A stretch of DNA of 64,000 nucleotides from the NCBI GenBank assembly GCA_049671145.1, contig JBATUM010000088.1, forward strand, positions 13,801 through 77,800. Reading direction: 5' to 3'. How positions within the stretch are numbered: position 1 is the first letter of the stretch; every line of letters begins with the position of its first letter. Under the pieces are notes generated by a model. That model ran no database searches. It was not told the origin of the DNA and worked only from the letters and a program-made list of their open reading frames with translations. This DNA is from Promethearchaeia archaeon (GTDB lineage Archaea > Asgardarchaeota > Lokiarchaeia > Sigyniarchaeales > SOKP01). This document shows, piece after piece, positions 18,676-27,273 of the stretch. A program made the position numbers and the translations under genes.

Positions 18676-19320
18676 TTGTCGAATGTGACTAAATATCCAG
18701 TAAATCATAGAAAAGAATCTCATTATAGAAAAGCTAAACAAAAGGGATATAGAGCACGTTCCGCGTTTAAGCTTATTGAAATACAAAAAAGATTTAATAT
18801 CTTCAAAAGAGCATTTTATATTCTTGATTTAGGTAGTGCCCCTGGTTCTTGGTTACAGGTTGCTAAAGAATATGCCATTGAAAATTTAGAAAAATATCAT
18901 GATGATCATTACTCTAGAACCCATTATAAAATTATGGGAGTTGATTTTAAGAAGCTAACTCCAATTGAGGAGGTAGAAATTATTAGAATGGATCTCACAA
19001 ATAAAGAATTAAGAAATAAAATAAATGAATATTTTAATGGAGAGAAGTTAGATTTAATAATCTCTGATGCAAGTATAAATAAGTCTGGGATTAAGTTTAG
19101 TGATCAAGCAAGACAAATAAAATTATGCTATGAGATATTAAAATTAACAAAATTTTTGAAATATAAAGGAAATTTTGTTATTAAACTCTTTCAAGGAAAA
19201 GATTATGAAGAATTTTATAAGTTTTTAAAAAAAAAATTCATTAATATTAAAAGTTTTAAACCAAAATCTTCATATAAAAAAAGCAATGAAATTTATTTTA
19301 TCGCATTAAAAAAGAGGTAA
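18676..19320 (+). CDS. rlmE: 23S rRNA 2'-O-ribose methyltransferase RlmE/FtsJ
   Basis: 214 aa. Motifs YRARSAFKLIEIQKRFNIF, LDLGSAPGSWLQV and LIISDAS. TTG start 4 nt after the trm1 stop. Confidence 0.85.
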   Translation: MSNVTKYPVNHRKESHYRKAKQKGYRARSAFKLIEIQKRFNIFKRAFYILDLGSAPGSWLQVAKEYAIENLEKYHDDHYSRTHYKIMGVDFKKLTPIEEVEIIRMDLTNKELRNKINEYFNGEKLDLIISDASINKSGIKFSDQARQIKLCYEILKLTKFLKYKGNFVIKLFQGKDYEEFYKFLKKKFINIKSFKPKSSYKKSNEIYFIALKKR

Positions 19321-19932
19321 TTATTCTAAAGTCTCTGATTGAATCTCCTCAAAATTCACTTTATAAACCTTTCCTTTTAATAAGGAGTAAATCCAATCAG
19401 TGAGCCAGGGACAAACTTTGGGATTGAATCGATCATTATTAGTTTCACTACACCTAGTGATGAATGGACAAATTAAACACGGTTGATATGAAAAAATATC
19501 TAAAATAAAATCTTTTTTACTTTCATCAATTTTTACATCTTTTACCTTTAACTCAATTTCTTCAATAGCAGATATGAATTTTGTCCAAGATGCATCAACT
19601 AATTCTCTTCTTACCTTAATTTTTGATTGTAAAGATAAAATATCTAAAATATCGTCCAATTCATTGCGATTTTTATTCGTATATTTCAGTAGATCATCAA
19701 AATATAAATTTCCTCTTTTATTTATAATGTCAAGAACAATTCTTTCTTCTTTTTTAAGATTCCTAGTAAAATGTTTTTTCCTTTCTTCTATTCTTTCTAT
19801 TCTTCTTTCAACCTCGGACTTATCAGAGTCTTCAGGGCTCACTAATCTCTCCTTTACTTTACATTTATGGCGAGATAAATATGCAAAGCTATTACCACAA
19901 TAAGGACAAACTTCTTTTTTTTTCTTTGCCAT
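19321..19932 (-). CDS. TFE-beta / RPC34-like winged-helix protein with C-terminal Cys cluster
   Basis: 203 aa. N-terminal CPYC...H.C knuckle, then a central winged-helix-like segment (IVLDIINKRGNLYFDDLLKYTNKNRNELDDILDILSLQSKI). The C-terminal CLICPFITRCSETNNDRFNPKVCPWLTDWI fits the C-x2-CP-x4-C...P-x2-C-x-[YW]-x2-W pattern of RPC34/TFE-beta Fe-S domains, as I recall it. Confidence 0.5.
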   Translation of the reverse strand: MAKKKKEVCPYCGNSFAYLSRHKCKVKERLVSPEDSDKSEVERRIERIEERKKHFTRNLKKEERIVLDIINKRGNLYFDDLLKYTNKNRNELDDILDILSLQSKIKVRRELVDASWTKFISAIEEIELKVKDVKIDESKKDFILDIFSYQPCLICPFITRCSETNNDRFNPKVCPWLTDWIYSLLKGKVYKVNFEEIQSETLE

Positions 19933-20085
19933 GTTTAATATTGATTATTTAGTTTAGCAATATATTTTATGTTTATTTTAAAATTAATTTTTTGATTTTT
20001 TTTTTTAAGTATTACTTATTAAGGTTTTATTGATTAAATTCTTCATAATAATTAAATTTTTAAAAATTAAATTTATAGACAAAAG

Positions 20086-20880
20086 ATGAGTATTGACATT
20101 TCCAAATTTCTTAATAAAACAAATCAACACGTCGATGCTAATGCTATAATTAATGAACAAGGTAAAGATTTAAAGCAATCCAACATATCCTGTTCAGGGT
20201 CAAAACATTTAACTGAAATCTTGAATGGTGGATTTTATTCAGGAAAAAAATATTTAATATTTGGTGAAAATAGTACCGGGAAAACTCAATTATGTCACCA
20301 ATTATGCGTTGAAGCATATAAAAAATTTTCTAATTCTATTTTTATAGATACTGAAAATACCTTTCGACCTGAGAGAATTAAGGAACTGGCAGATACTCAA
20401 AAACTTAATTCAACTAAGGTATTAAAAAGTATTTTAGTATCAAAGATCATGAGTAATTCCATGTTACTCTTAAATTTGAAAAATATTAAAAACTTAATAA
20501 AACATAAAAATTTTAAAGTGATTTTGATAGATTCAATTAATAATTATTATCGACTTGAACAAGCTGATTCAAATATCAGCTATTTAAAAGCTAAAACAAC
20601 TTTTATAAAAATCTTAGAATACTTTAATAATCTTACTAATAAATACAAGTTAATAACTATAGCAACAGCTCAAATTACTCCCAATTTTGTTAATAACTCT
20701 ATAATTAATCACACTCCCGTAGGAATTCAATATCTTAGCCATTTCTTTTCAGAGTTCTTATATTTAAGCATTAAAGAAGATTCAACTGGACATGCCCATT
20801 TAGTTAATTCTTTTATCCTTCCCGAAAAAAAAGCATTATATAAAATAACTTCTGAAGGAATTCAAGATTATAAACTCTAA
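20086..20880 (+). CDS. RadA/Rad51-paralog ATPase (RadB-like, core domain only)
   Basis: 264 aa. Walker A GENSTGKTQLCHQL; IFIDTENTFRPERI (Rad51/RadA hallmark IDTE.TFRPER); Walker B VILIDSINNYYR. No N-terminal HhH domain. Confidence 0.7.
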   Translation: MSIDISKFLNKTNQHVDANAIINEQGKDLKQSNISCSGSKHLTEILNGGFYSGKKYLIFGENSTGKTQLCHQLCVEAYKKFSNSIFIDTENTFRPERIKELADTQKLNSTKVLKSILVSKIMSNSMLLLNLKNIKNLIKHKNFKVILIDSINNYYRLEQADSNISYLKAKTTFIKILEYFNNLTNKYKLITIATAQITPNFVNNSIINHTPVGIQYLSHFFSEFLYLSIKEDSTGHAHLVNSFILPEKKALYKITSEGIQDYKL

Positions 20881-21723
20881 TTAATATTCATCTAAAACTG
20901 ATTTCTTAAAACCATTTAATGAAATATTTAGAAGGTTTTTAGATTTAGTTGTGGAATTTACATAATAAATTGGACATTTAATCCTATTTTGAATCCATTC
21001 TATTAGCTTCTTTGCGTAGTTTAATTTCATTTTTTTAATTTTTGAAGCTTTAAAATTCCTAAATTTACCAACTTTGCTATATTTTCCAATTATTTCGTCA
21101 AAATCCATTCCTATTAAAAATATTTTATGATCTGGAGATACTAGAGATTTTAAAAAAAATAGAATTCGATCTCCATCAGTAAAACCACCATGATTTAAAA
21201 TATTTTCAAGAGGTTCTACTTGAGTAGTACATATTAGGTTATCAAATTTAATAATATGTTTTTCAAAATCCTGTAATTTATCTAAATTATCTCCATGAGC
21301 ATGAACGACTACAAATTTTGAGTAATAAAATTCCGTATCTGTTATTCCATCTAAATCCGTAAAAACAGCATCAACCGTTATTTCATTTTCTCTTAATAAT
21401 CTAGATGCTCCATCTGCAGGAAAATTAAGAAAATTATTAAAAACTTGCTTTCCTTTAGTATTAAGAATATAATCTATTGTTTCTTCTAAAGAAGGACCAC
21501 AACCATAAACTAAAATTATTTTTTTGCTGTTAATAAGATTATTAAGAGAATAAAGAACTTTTTCAAGATTCCATTCTTTAGATTTTTTTAATATAATTTC
21601 GTGTAAAAAATTTCTTGCTTCATTATCACTATGGCGATTGAACTTGAATTCTTTTATTATTTCAGAATAAAATTGTTTGAATTCTTCATAAAAGTTAATC
21701 CTATCTTTAAAGGAAGCTGTCAT
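20881..21723 (-). CDS. MptE-like (DUF115) putative 6-hydroxymethylpterin diphosphokinase
   Basis: 280 aa. ILVYGCGPSLEE, ADGASRLL, FTDLDG and VVHAHGDN are as in DUF115/MptE. Confidence 0.6.
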   Translation of the reverse strand: MTASFKDRINFYEEFKQFYSEIIKEFKFNRHSDNEARNFLHEIILKKSKEWNLEKVLYSLNNLINSKKIILVYGCGPSLEETIDYILNTKGKQVFNNFLNFPADGASRLLRENEITVDAVFTDLDGITDTEFYYSKFVVVHAHGDNLDKLQDFEKHIIKFDNLICTTQVEPLENILNHGGFTDGDRILFFLKSLVSPDHKIFLIGMDFDEIIGKYSKVGKFRNFKASKIKKMKLNYAKKLIEWIQNRIKCPIYYVNSTTKSKNLLNISLNGFKKSVLDEY

Positions 21724-21854
21724 TTTAATGAATTCAATTTTAAGATTATACCTAATAAAAAAATTTTATATTTTTGATATAATTAATTTTATCATATAAT
21801 TTAATTCAATATAATTATAATTCATAAAATTATTAATAAGGAGTTTGATATAGT

Positions 21855-22256
21855 ATGACAATTTGGTTTACTAAAACCCACCAATGGTTTAATGATGAAA
21901 CTGGAGAGGTTGGAATTACTCCCTTTGCTGCTGAACAATTAGGTGAAATTTCTTTTGTAGATGTTGAAGCTCTTGAAGGGGCTACCATAGATCAAGTTAA
22001 GATGGATGGGGATGAGCCAAGTACCGATCCATTGGATTGTACTGTTGAATCAAGTAAAGCTGTTGGAGATATTTATAGCCCAGTTTCAGGTAATGTTACT
22101 GAAGTTAATGCTGATTTAATGGATGAGCCTGAAAAAATCAATGAAGATGCTCTCTCTGCTTGGTTATTTAAGGTTAAGCCTTCAAATTGGGATGCAGAGA
22201 AAGGAAATTTATTAGATGAAGCCGCTTATAAGGCTTTCATTGAAACACTGAAATAA
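21855..22256 (+). CDS. gcvH: Glycine cleavage system H protein
   Basis: 133 aa. FTKTHQW..ETGEVGITPFAAEQLGEISFVD; lipoyl-lysine context VESSKAVGDIYSPVSGNVTEVN; PEKINEDA..WLFKV. Confidence 0.85.
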   Translation: MTIWFTKTHQWFNDETGEVGITPFAAEQLGEISFVDVEALEGATIDQVKMDGDEPSTDPLDCTVESSKAVGDIYSPVSGNVTEVNADLMDEPEKINEDALSAWLFKVKPSNWDAEKGNLLDEAAYKAFIETLK

Positions 22257-22408
22257 ATCATTTTTAAATTTTAGATTAAACACACATAATTTATTCTTTT
22301 TTTTTATTATTTTATATTTATCGCTCAAGGTTTAACTCAAATTGACTGAAATTAATATACTGAATTTCTGTGTATCACAAATATAAGTAAGTTTTTTCTA
22401 ATAAAAAA

Positions 22409-22921
22409 TTAAACATTAAATAATTTTTCGCCAAGTTTTATTGTTATTATTGCTTGCAATGCAACAAAAGCTGAAATAACTAAAATTATTCCTATTACTA
22501 AAATTTTTACGGCGGTTTTTTTATTATATACATATTTGGATGCTTGATAGACTAATAAAAACCCTATAGAACAAAGAAAAATGAAAATTGAAGCTACTAT
22601 ACTCTCAATTATAAAAGCTTCGTTAAGATCAGGATATAAAAGAATAGCATTACCTTGTTGATCCGCTCCTATTGCTACAGGGTCTCTATAAATAATATAT
22701 ACTATTCCCATCTGAAGTAGGAATAGGATAATATAAATTCCTATAACCACTAAAGACTTACCTGGTAAAGGCATATCCATTTTAGGAAGTTTTATTTGCG
22801 GATAGGCTATTTTCGGTTTCCTCAATGAATTTCCAAAGACCCAAGGGGTCTTACCTTTTATTTTTTCAAAAATTGTTTCTGAACCACTGATATCTTCTTT
22901 AGCAGTTTTTCGTTTTTGCAT
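22409..22921 (-). CDS. Membrane protein, possibly OST3/OST6 (TUSC3/MagT1)-like membrane domain
   Basis: 170 aa, 3-4 TM. The segment YIIYRDPVAIGADQQGNAILLYPDLNEAFIIESIVASIFIFL resembles, from memory, the TM1-loop-TM2 region of TUSC3/OST3 (..[34 protein letters not shown]..). No thioredoxin domain. Confidence 0.3.
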   Translation of the reverse strand: MQKRKTAKEDISGSETIFEKIKGKTPWVFGNSLRKPKIAYPQIKLPKMDMPLPGKSLVVIGIYIILFLLQMGIVYIIYRDPVAIGADQQGNAILLYPDLNEAFIIESIVASIFIFLCSIGFLLVYQASKYVYNKKTAVKILVIGIILVISAFVALQAIITIKLGEKLFNV

Positions 22922-23005
22922 GGTTTGTATTTGTGTTTTTTCTAAAATTAATTAATCTTCTTTAAATTAAAAACTTTTTAATTATTCTTCTTCTTTTCAG
23001 AATAT

Positions 23006-24517
23006 CTATACTAATTTCTTTAATAATGCTATCAAGAAATTCCAAATTTTTTCTACACTGTTTATTTTTAAACGTTCATCTGGTGAATGAACATCAATAA
23101 TATCTGGTCCGATCGAAATTATCTCCATATTTGAATAATGATAATTAAAATAGGCACATTCTAAACCTGCATGAATTGCTTGAATTATAACTTCATTATC
23201 GAATAGTTCTTTATATATCTTATTAGAAAGCTTTGAAATTTTTGAATTGAAATTTGGAGGCCAACTTGGATATTCATATTTGATATTTACATTTAAATCC
23301 AAACCAGATATTTCGAACAATGTTAAAAATTTTTCATATATTAAGTCTAAATCATATTGAGTTAAACTCCTTTGGCTTATTACAAAATTTATAGAATTTT
23401 TTTCAGTTTTTATTGAAGCAAAGTTAGTAGAAGTATGTACCAATTCTTTAGTTATAGGGTGTATCGAAATTGGGCCGTTTGGCATTGAAAATAATAAGTC
23501 TATTAATTTATTCTGTAAATCTCTAGAAATTATTGAAGATTCATTAAAATTTTCCAATTTCTGAATTGAAATTTCCATATTCGATTCAATTCCATTATAT
23601 AACATCTTAATATGCGGAGAATTGTCATTAATAAAATTAATTATCTCAGAAAGATCATTCTCTTCAATAAAAAATATAGCTTCGACTTCTCTTGGAATAG
23701 CATTATCCAAATTACCCCCATTTAAGGAATTTATATAAATATCATATTTTCTTTTTAATTTCCATAAAATTTGAGAAATTATTTTTAGTGCATTCGCTCT
23801 ACCTTTATTAATATCCCCCCCAGAATGCCCACCAACCAGTCCTATAACTGAAAGTTTCATTGGAAATACTTTTTTTTCATTATCTACAGATTGTCTTCCG
23901 TTTTTTACAATAACTTCAAAAACTCTTCCTCCTGCAGCACCAATAGTAAATCTATTTTCTTCCTCTGAATCAAGATTTATCATATAGGAGCCACTTATCA
24001 TATTTTTATCAATTTGACTTGCACCAGTTAGACCTCTCTCTTCATCTACAGTAAATAAAAGGTCTAATGAAATAGGGCCTAGATCTAACTCTCCTTTATA
24101 GATTTTTTTCATAATCGCTAGTTGGTAAGCCATTCCAACAGCATTATCCGCTCCTAAAGTAGTACCATTTGCGGTTATCCACTTTTCATTATTAATTTCA
24201 ATTAAATTCAAATCTAGCGGATCTTTCGAAAAGTCGTGCTTAACATCATCATTCTTTTCGCAAACCATATCCATGTGGCTTTGCAAAATAACTCCTGACT
24301 CCTTACTTTTTACTTTTGAAGGAATTTTAATTACTATGTTGTTAACTCGATCTGTCCTAGTTATAAAACCCATTTTTTCTGCTTCTTTTTGAATAAAAAC
24401 TCTCATTTGATCCTCATTTCCAGAGCATCGAGGAATTTTTGATATTTCGAAAAAATATTCCCAAAATTCTAAAGGTTTACCCAATTCTTTTAAATCTTCC
24501 ATCATAATCGCTTTCAA
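23006..24517 (-). CDS. pepD: Aminoacyl-histidine (Xaa-His) dipeptidase PepD, M20 family
   Basis: 503 aa. FFEISKIPRCSGNE, QSHMDMVCEKN, ANGTTLGADNAVG, FTVDEERGLTGA, GLVGGHSG and HAGLECA match PepD. Confidence 0.85.
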   Translation of the reverse strand: MKAIMMEDLKELGKPLEFWEYFFEISKIPRCSGNEDQMRVFIQKEAEKMGFITRTDRVNNIVIKIPSKVKSKESGVILQSHMDMVCEKNDDVKHDFSKDPLDLNLIEINNEKWITANGTTLGADNAVGMAYQLAIMKKIYKGELDLGPISLDLLFTVDEERGLTGASQIDKNMISGSYMINLDSEEENRFTIGAAGGRVFEVIVKNGRQSVDNEKKVFPMKLSVIGLVGGHSGGDINKGRANALKIISQILWKLKRKYDIYINSLNGGNLDNAIPREVEAIFFIEENDLSEIINFINDNSPHIKMLYNGIESNMEISIQKLENFNESSIISRDLQNKLIDLLFSMPNGPISIHPITKELVHTSTNFASIKTEKNSINFVISQRSLTQYDLDLIYEKFLTLFEISGLDLNVNIKYEYPSWPPNFNSKISKLSNKIYKELFDNEVIIQAIHAGLECAYFNYHYSNMEIISIGPDIIDVHSPDERLKINSVEKIWNFLIALLKKLV

Positions 24518-24600
24518 TGAAAATATAAATATGTATTATTTTTTATTACTTATAAGAATAATATTAATTTTCTTATAATCTTAACGTGAGAGATTTTTAA

Positions 24601-25707
24601 ATGAGTAGCTGGAAAGATTTATATTCTGAAGTTAAGCAACGTAAAATGGAAGCTCTAAACAAAAAGGATGTTGTAAAAGCAGTTGAAGAACATGGTAAAA
24701 TTTTGGCTGTTGAAGGACGATATGAAAAACCTAAAAAAATTATTGAACATATGTATGCCGCAGCTCATGAGACAATAAAACCAAAACAAATCATGAAATA
24801 TAACCTTAAAGATTATGATGTTGTGTTGATTGGATGCCCAGCTGATGGAGTACCACATGCAGCTTATCCAAAAATTAAAGAGTATGTATCATCACATGGA
24901 GGCTGGTTAATTACCACAGATTGGGCAATAAAAACTATGGTTGAAGTAATTTTTCCAGGATATATTCGCTGGAATGGAAAAAAGACTGCTGATGCCGTTG
25001 TTGCTTGCCAAATTATGGAGCCAAACCATCCATTTTTGGATGGCGTCTTAACTGAAATCCAACAGAATAAATGGCAAAAAGGAGCCTCAAAAAATACTAA
25101 AAAAACAGAATTTCGATGGTGGTTGGAGACTAAGAGTTTTCCCATTAGTATATTGAATCCAGCGGTTCATATTTTAATATCATCGCAAGAAATCCTACGA
25201 AAGTGGGGAGAATCTCCTGTTTTTGTGTATTTTGATTATGGGAAAGCTGGTGGTAGAGTAATTCATATGATCTCCCATACTCATTTACAAAAAGGAGGTG
25301 TTAAAGGAAAATATGCTTCAGCACTAATACTTACTAATATTTTAGACGAAAAAGTTTCTCAAAAGACAGGTATTTCAAAGACCCCTACGCCTGGATATGT
25401 ATCTAATTGGGAACAAGCCCAACAACCTCAGCAGCAATATGTAACACCAAGTCAACAAAATAATTTTTTAAATCCTTCGGACGCAGTAAGTGGATTAACA
25501 GGAACTGCACAAATCGTAGATGTAAATGCAAATAGCAACGAATTTTCATTTGCTAGTACATGTGGTTATTGTGGATATGACTTTGGGGAATATACTGGCA
25601 AAATTTATATGTGTAATGCCTGTAAAATACCATATCATGAAACGTGTTTAAATATGCAGATAAATGAAGGTACGTGCAAAAATTGTAATAAAATTTTATT
25701 ATGGTAA
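24601..25707 (+). CDS. Two-domain protein: GATase1/ThuA-like N-domain, Gln-rich linker, C-terminal C4HC3 (PHD/RING-like) zinc finger
   Basis: 368 aa. The N-domain motif YDVVLIGCPADG...GGWLITTDWA is a flavodoxin-like/GATase1-like pattern. The linker is WEQAQQPQQQYVTPSQQNN. The C-terminus has C321-x2-C-x13-C-x2-C-x4-H-x2-C-x9-C-x2-C362 (nt 25561-25686). Confidence 0.5.
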   Translation: MSSWKDLYSEVKQRKMEALNKKDVVKAVEEHGKILAVEGRYEKPKKIIEHMYAAAHETIKPKQIMKYNLKDYDVVLIGCPADGVPHAAYPKIKEYVSSHGGWLITTDWAIKTMVEVIFPGYIRWNGKKTADAVVACQIMEPNHPFLDGVLTEIQQNKWQKGASKNTKKTEFRWWLETKSFPISILNPAVHILISSQEILRKWGESPVFVYFDYGKAGGRVIHMISHTHLQKGGVKGKYASALILTNILDEKVSQKTGISKTPTPGYVSNWEQAQQPQQQYVTPSQQNNFLNPSDAVSGLTGTAQIVDVNANSNEFSFASTCGYCGYDFGEYTGKIYMCNACKIPYHETCLNMQINEGTCKNCNKILLW

Positions 25708-25914
25708 TTCCACATTTTATTTCTTATCCTTTTTTTCCTTTAAACTATTATGTTCCTTTAACCTTTTAATTTACTTTTATGATATTACATACACATATAT
25801 CAGAATAATGTTTAAGTATGTATGAATAATCGTGAAAGGGGGGTTTCACGAACTTATTTTTAAAATACTCTTTTTACTACCTTTTATTTTATACTGAATA
25901 TTATTATATAGATC

Positions 25915-26265
25915 ATGAAAAAAAAAGCCTGTAAAGTTGTAGAAGATTATAAATCCGCTTATCCAGATCCTTTTATAGTGAATAAGGGTGAAATATTGAG
26001 AATTGAAAATAAAGAATTTGAATGGTCTGGCTGGATTTGGTGCGTTAAGAATGATGGCGAAGGAAGGTGGGTTCCAATGGATCATATAGAACTTAAAGAA
26101 ACTCGAGCTAAATTTATCCAAGATTATAATTCCATAGAATTAACAGTATCTGCTGGGCAAATCCTAACTATTGAAAAAGAATCATATGGTTGGATTTGGG
26201 TAATTGATGAAAATAATAAAACTGGATGGATACCACTAAAAAATGTCAAAATTTTGAATGAATAA
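25915..26265 (+). CDS. Tandem SH3-like domain protein
   Basis: 116 aa made of two ~50-aa repeats. Each has an SH3-like pattern: EDY..(x)..NKGEILRI...GWIWCV..DGEGRWVPMDHI and QDY....SAGQILTI...GWIWVI...KTGWIPLKNV. Confidence 0.5.
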   Translation: MKKKACKVVEDYKSAYPDPFIVNKGEILRIENKEFEWSGWIWCVKNDGEGRWVPMDHIELKETRAKFIQDYNSIELTVSAGQILTIEKESYGWIWVIDENNKTGWIPLKNVKILNE

Positions 26266-26334
26266 TTAAAAGATAAAAAATAAAAAAAAGTATTATTAAA
26301 ATCCTTAGTTTCTAGTTTTTCATTTCAACTTAAT

Positions 26335-26532
26335 TTAATCTTCCGTAATTGTAATAGCTTCTTCAGGGCATTGTGTTTCACAAGCTCTACATCCTACACA
26401 ATCTTCTCTATTTTCCTCAATTATATTAACTTTACCGCCTTCAGGTTCTCCAAAACATTCACTTGGACAAACTTCATAGCATGTTCCACATCCGGTACAA
26501 GCGTCATTATCAATTTCAATCCCGAAACTCAT
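26335..26532 (-). CDS. 2x[4Fe-4S] ferredoxin
   Basis: 65 aa. Two CxxCxxCxxxCP motifs (CTGCGTCYEVCP, CVGCRACETQCP). Confidence 0.85.
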   Translation of the reverse strand: MSFGIEIDNDACTGCGTCYEVCPSECFGEPEGGKVNIIEENREDCVGCRACETQCPEEAITITED

Positions 26533-26693
26533 ATTTAAAACCTTTTTGTTAGTGATTTTTTATTTTTGTTTCATAAAAGTATATATCAGTAATTATGAGA
26601 ATAATATAAAAAATTTAAATTTCGTTTTTATTTTAGAAATATTCTTCTGAAGATTTAGTTTGAAACTTAATTTGCAGGATTAAAAAAAAGAAA

Positions 26694-27128
26694 TTATATA
26701 TTTTTTTGTTTTAAGAAAAACAAAATTGTATTGAGAAAGCCACCAACCACACTTCCATAAAAACCTAATTCGGGCCACCATTCATCTCCTATGTGTACAA
26801 CTCCAAAAGATATAAGGCCAATAATTGCCAAAGCAAATGTTGTTATTGCTATATATAAACTATATTTAGTTAAATCGATTGATATAAATTTCTTTGGAAG
26901 TAAATCATTCAATGCAATCACCACCTGAATTATAAATAGGATCAGAATGAAAATTTGTGCGATTAAATCACCTGTCGTCCAATATTCACACCCTAAACAG
27001 GAATATCTATCTCCATATCCTCCATAATAGAATCCAGCGAAAGGACCAATTGCTACCAAAACAATGGCAATGATACTAAGTATTAGTATTAATACTGAGA
27101 AAATATCAATATTTCTATCTTCTGACAT
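26694..27128 (-). CDS. Hypothetical membrane protein (4 TM)
   Basis: 144 aa with four hydrophobic helices. No recognised motif. Confidence 0.5.
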   Translation of the reverse strand: MSEDRNIDIFSVLILILSIIAIVLVAIGPFAGFYYGGYGDRYSCLGCEYWTTGDLIAQIFILILFIIQVVIALNDLLPKKFISIDLTKYSLYIAITTFALAIIGLISFGVVHIGDEWWPELGFYGSVVGGFLNTILFFLKQKNI

Positions 27129-27273
27129 TTTTATATCGTAAATTTTATTTTTAGAATATAGTTAGGTTTTGGAAGTAAATAAATGCTATTATTTTATAAT
27201 GTTGCTGCTTATAGAATTTATTATAAAAAATTGAAATTTTATGTAAAATATTATTCAGATTAATTGAAGCATT

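Noticed and set aside
25846-26121. 91-aa minus-strand ORF
   Set aside because: It overlaps the tandem SH3-like CDS on the opposite strand. The plus-strand product has an internally repeated domain pattern, while the minus-strand product is low-complexity.
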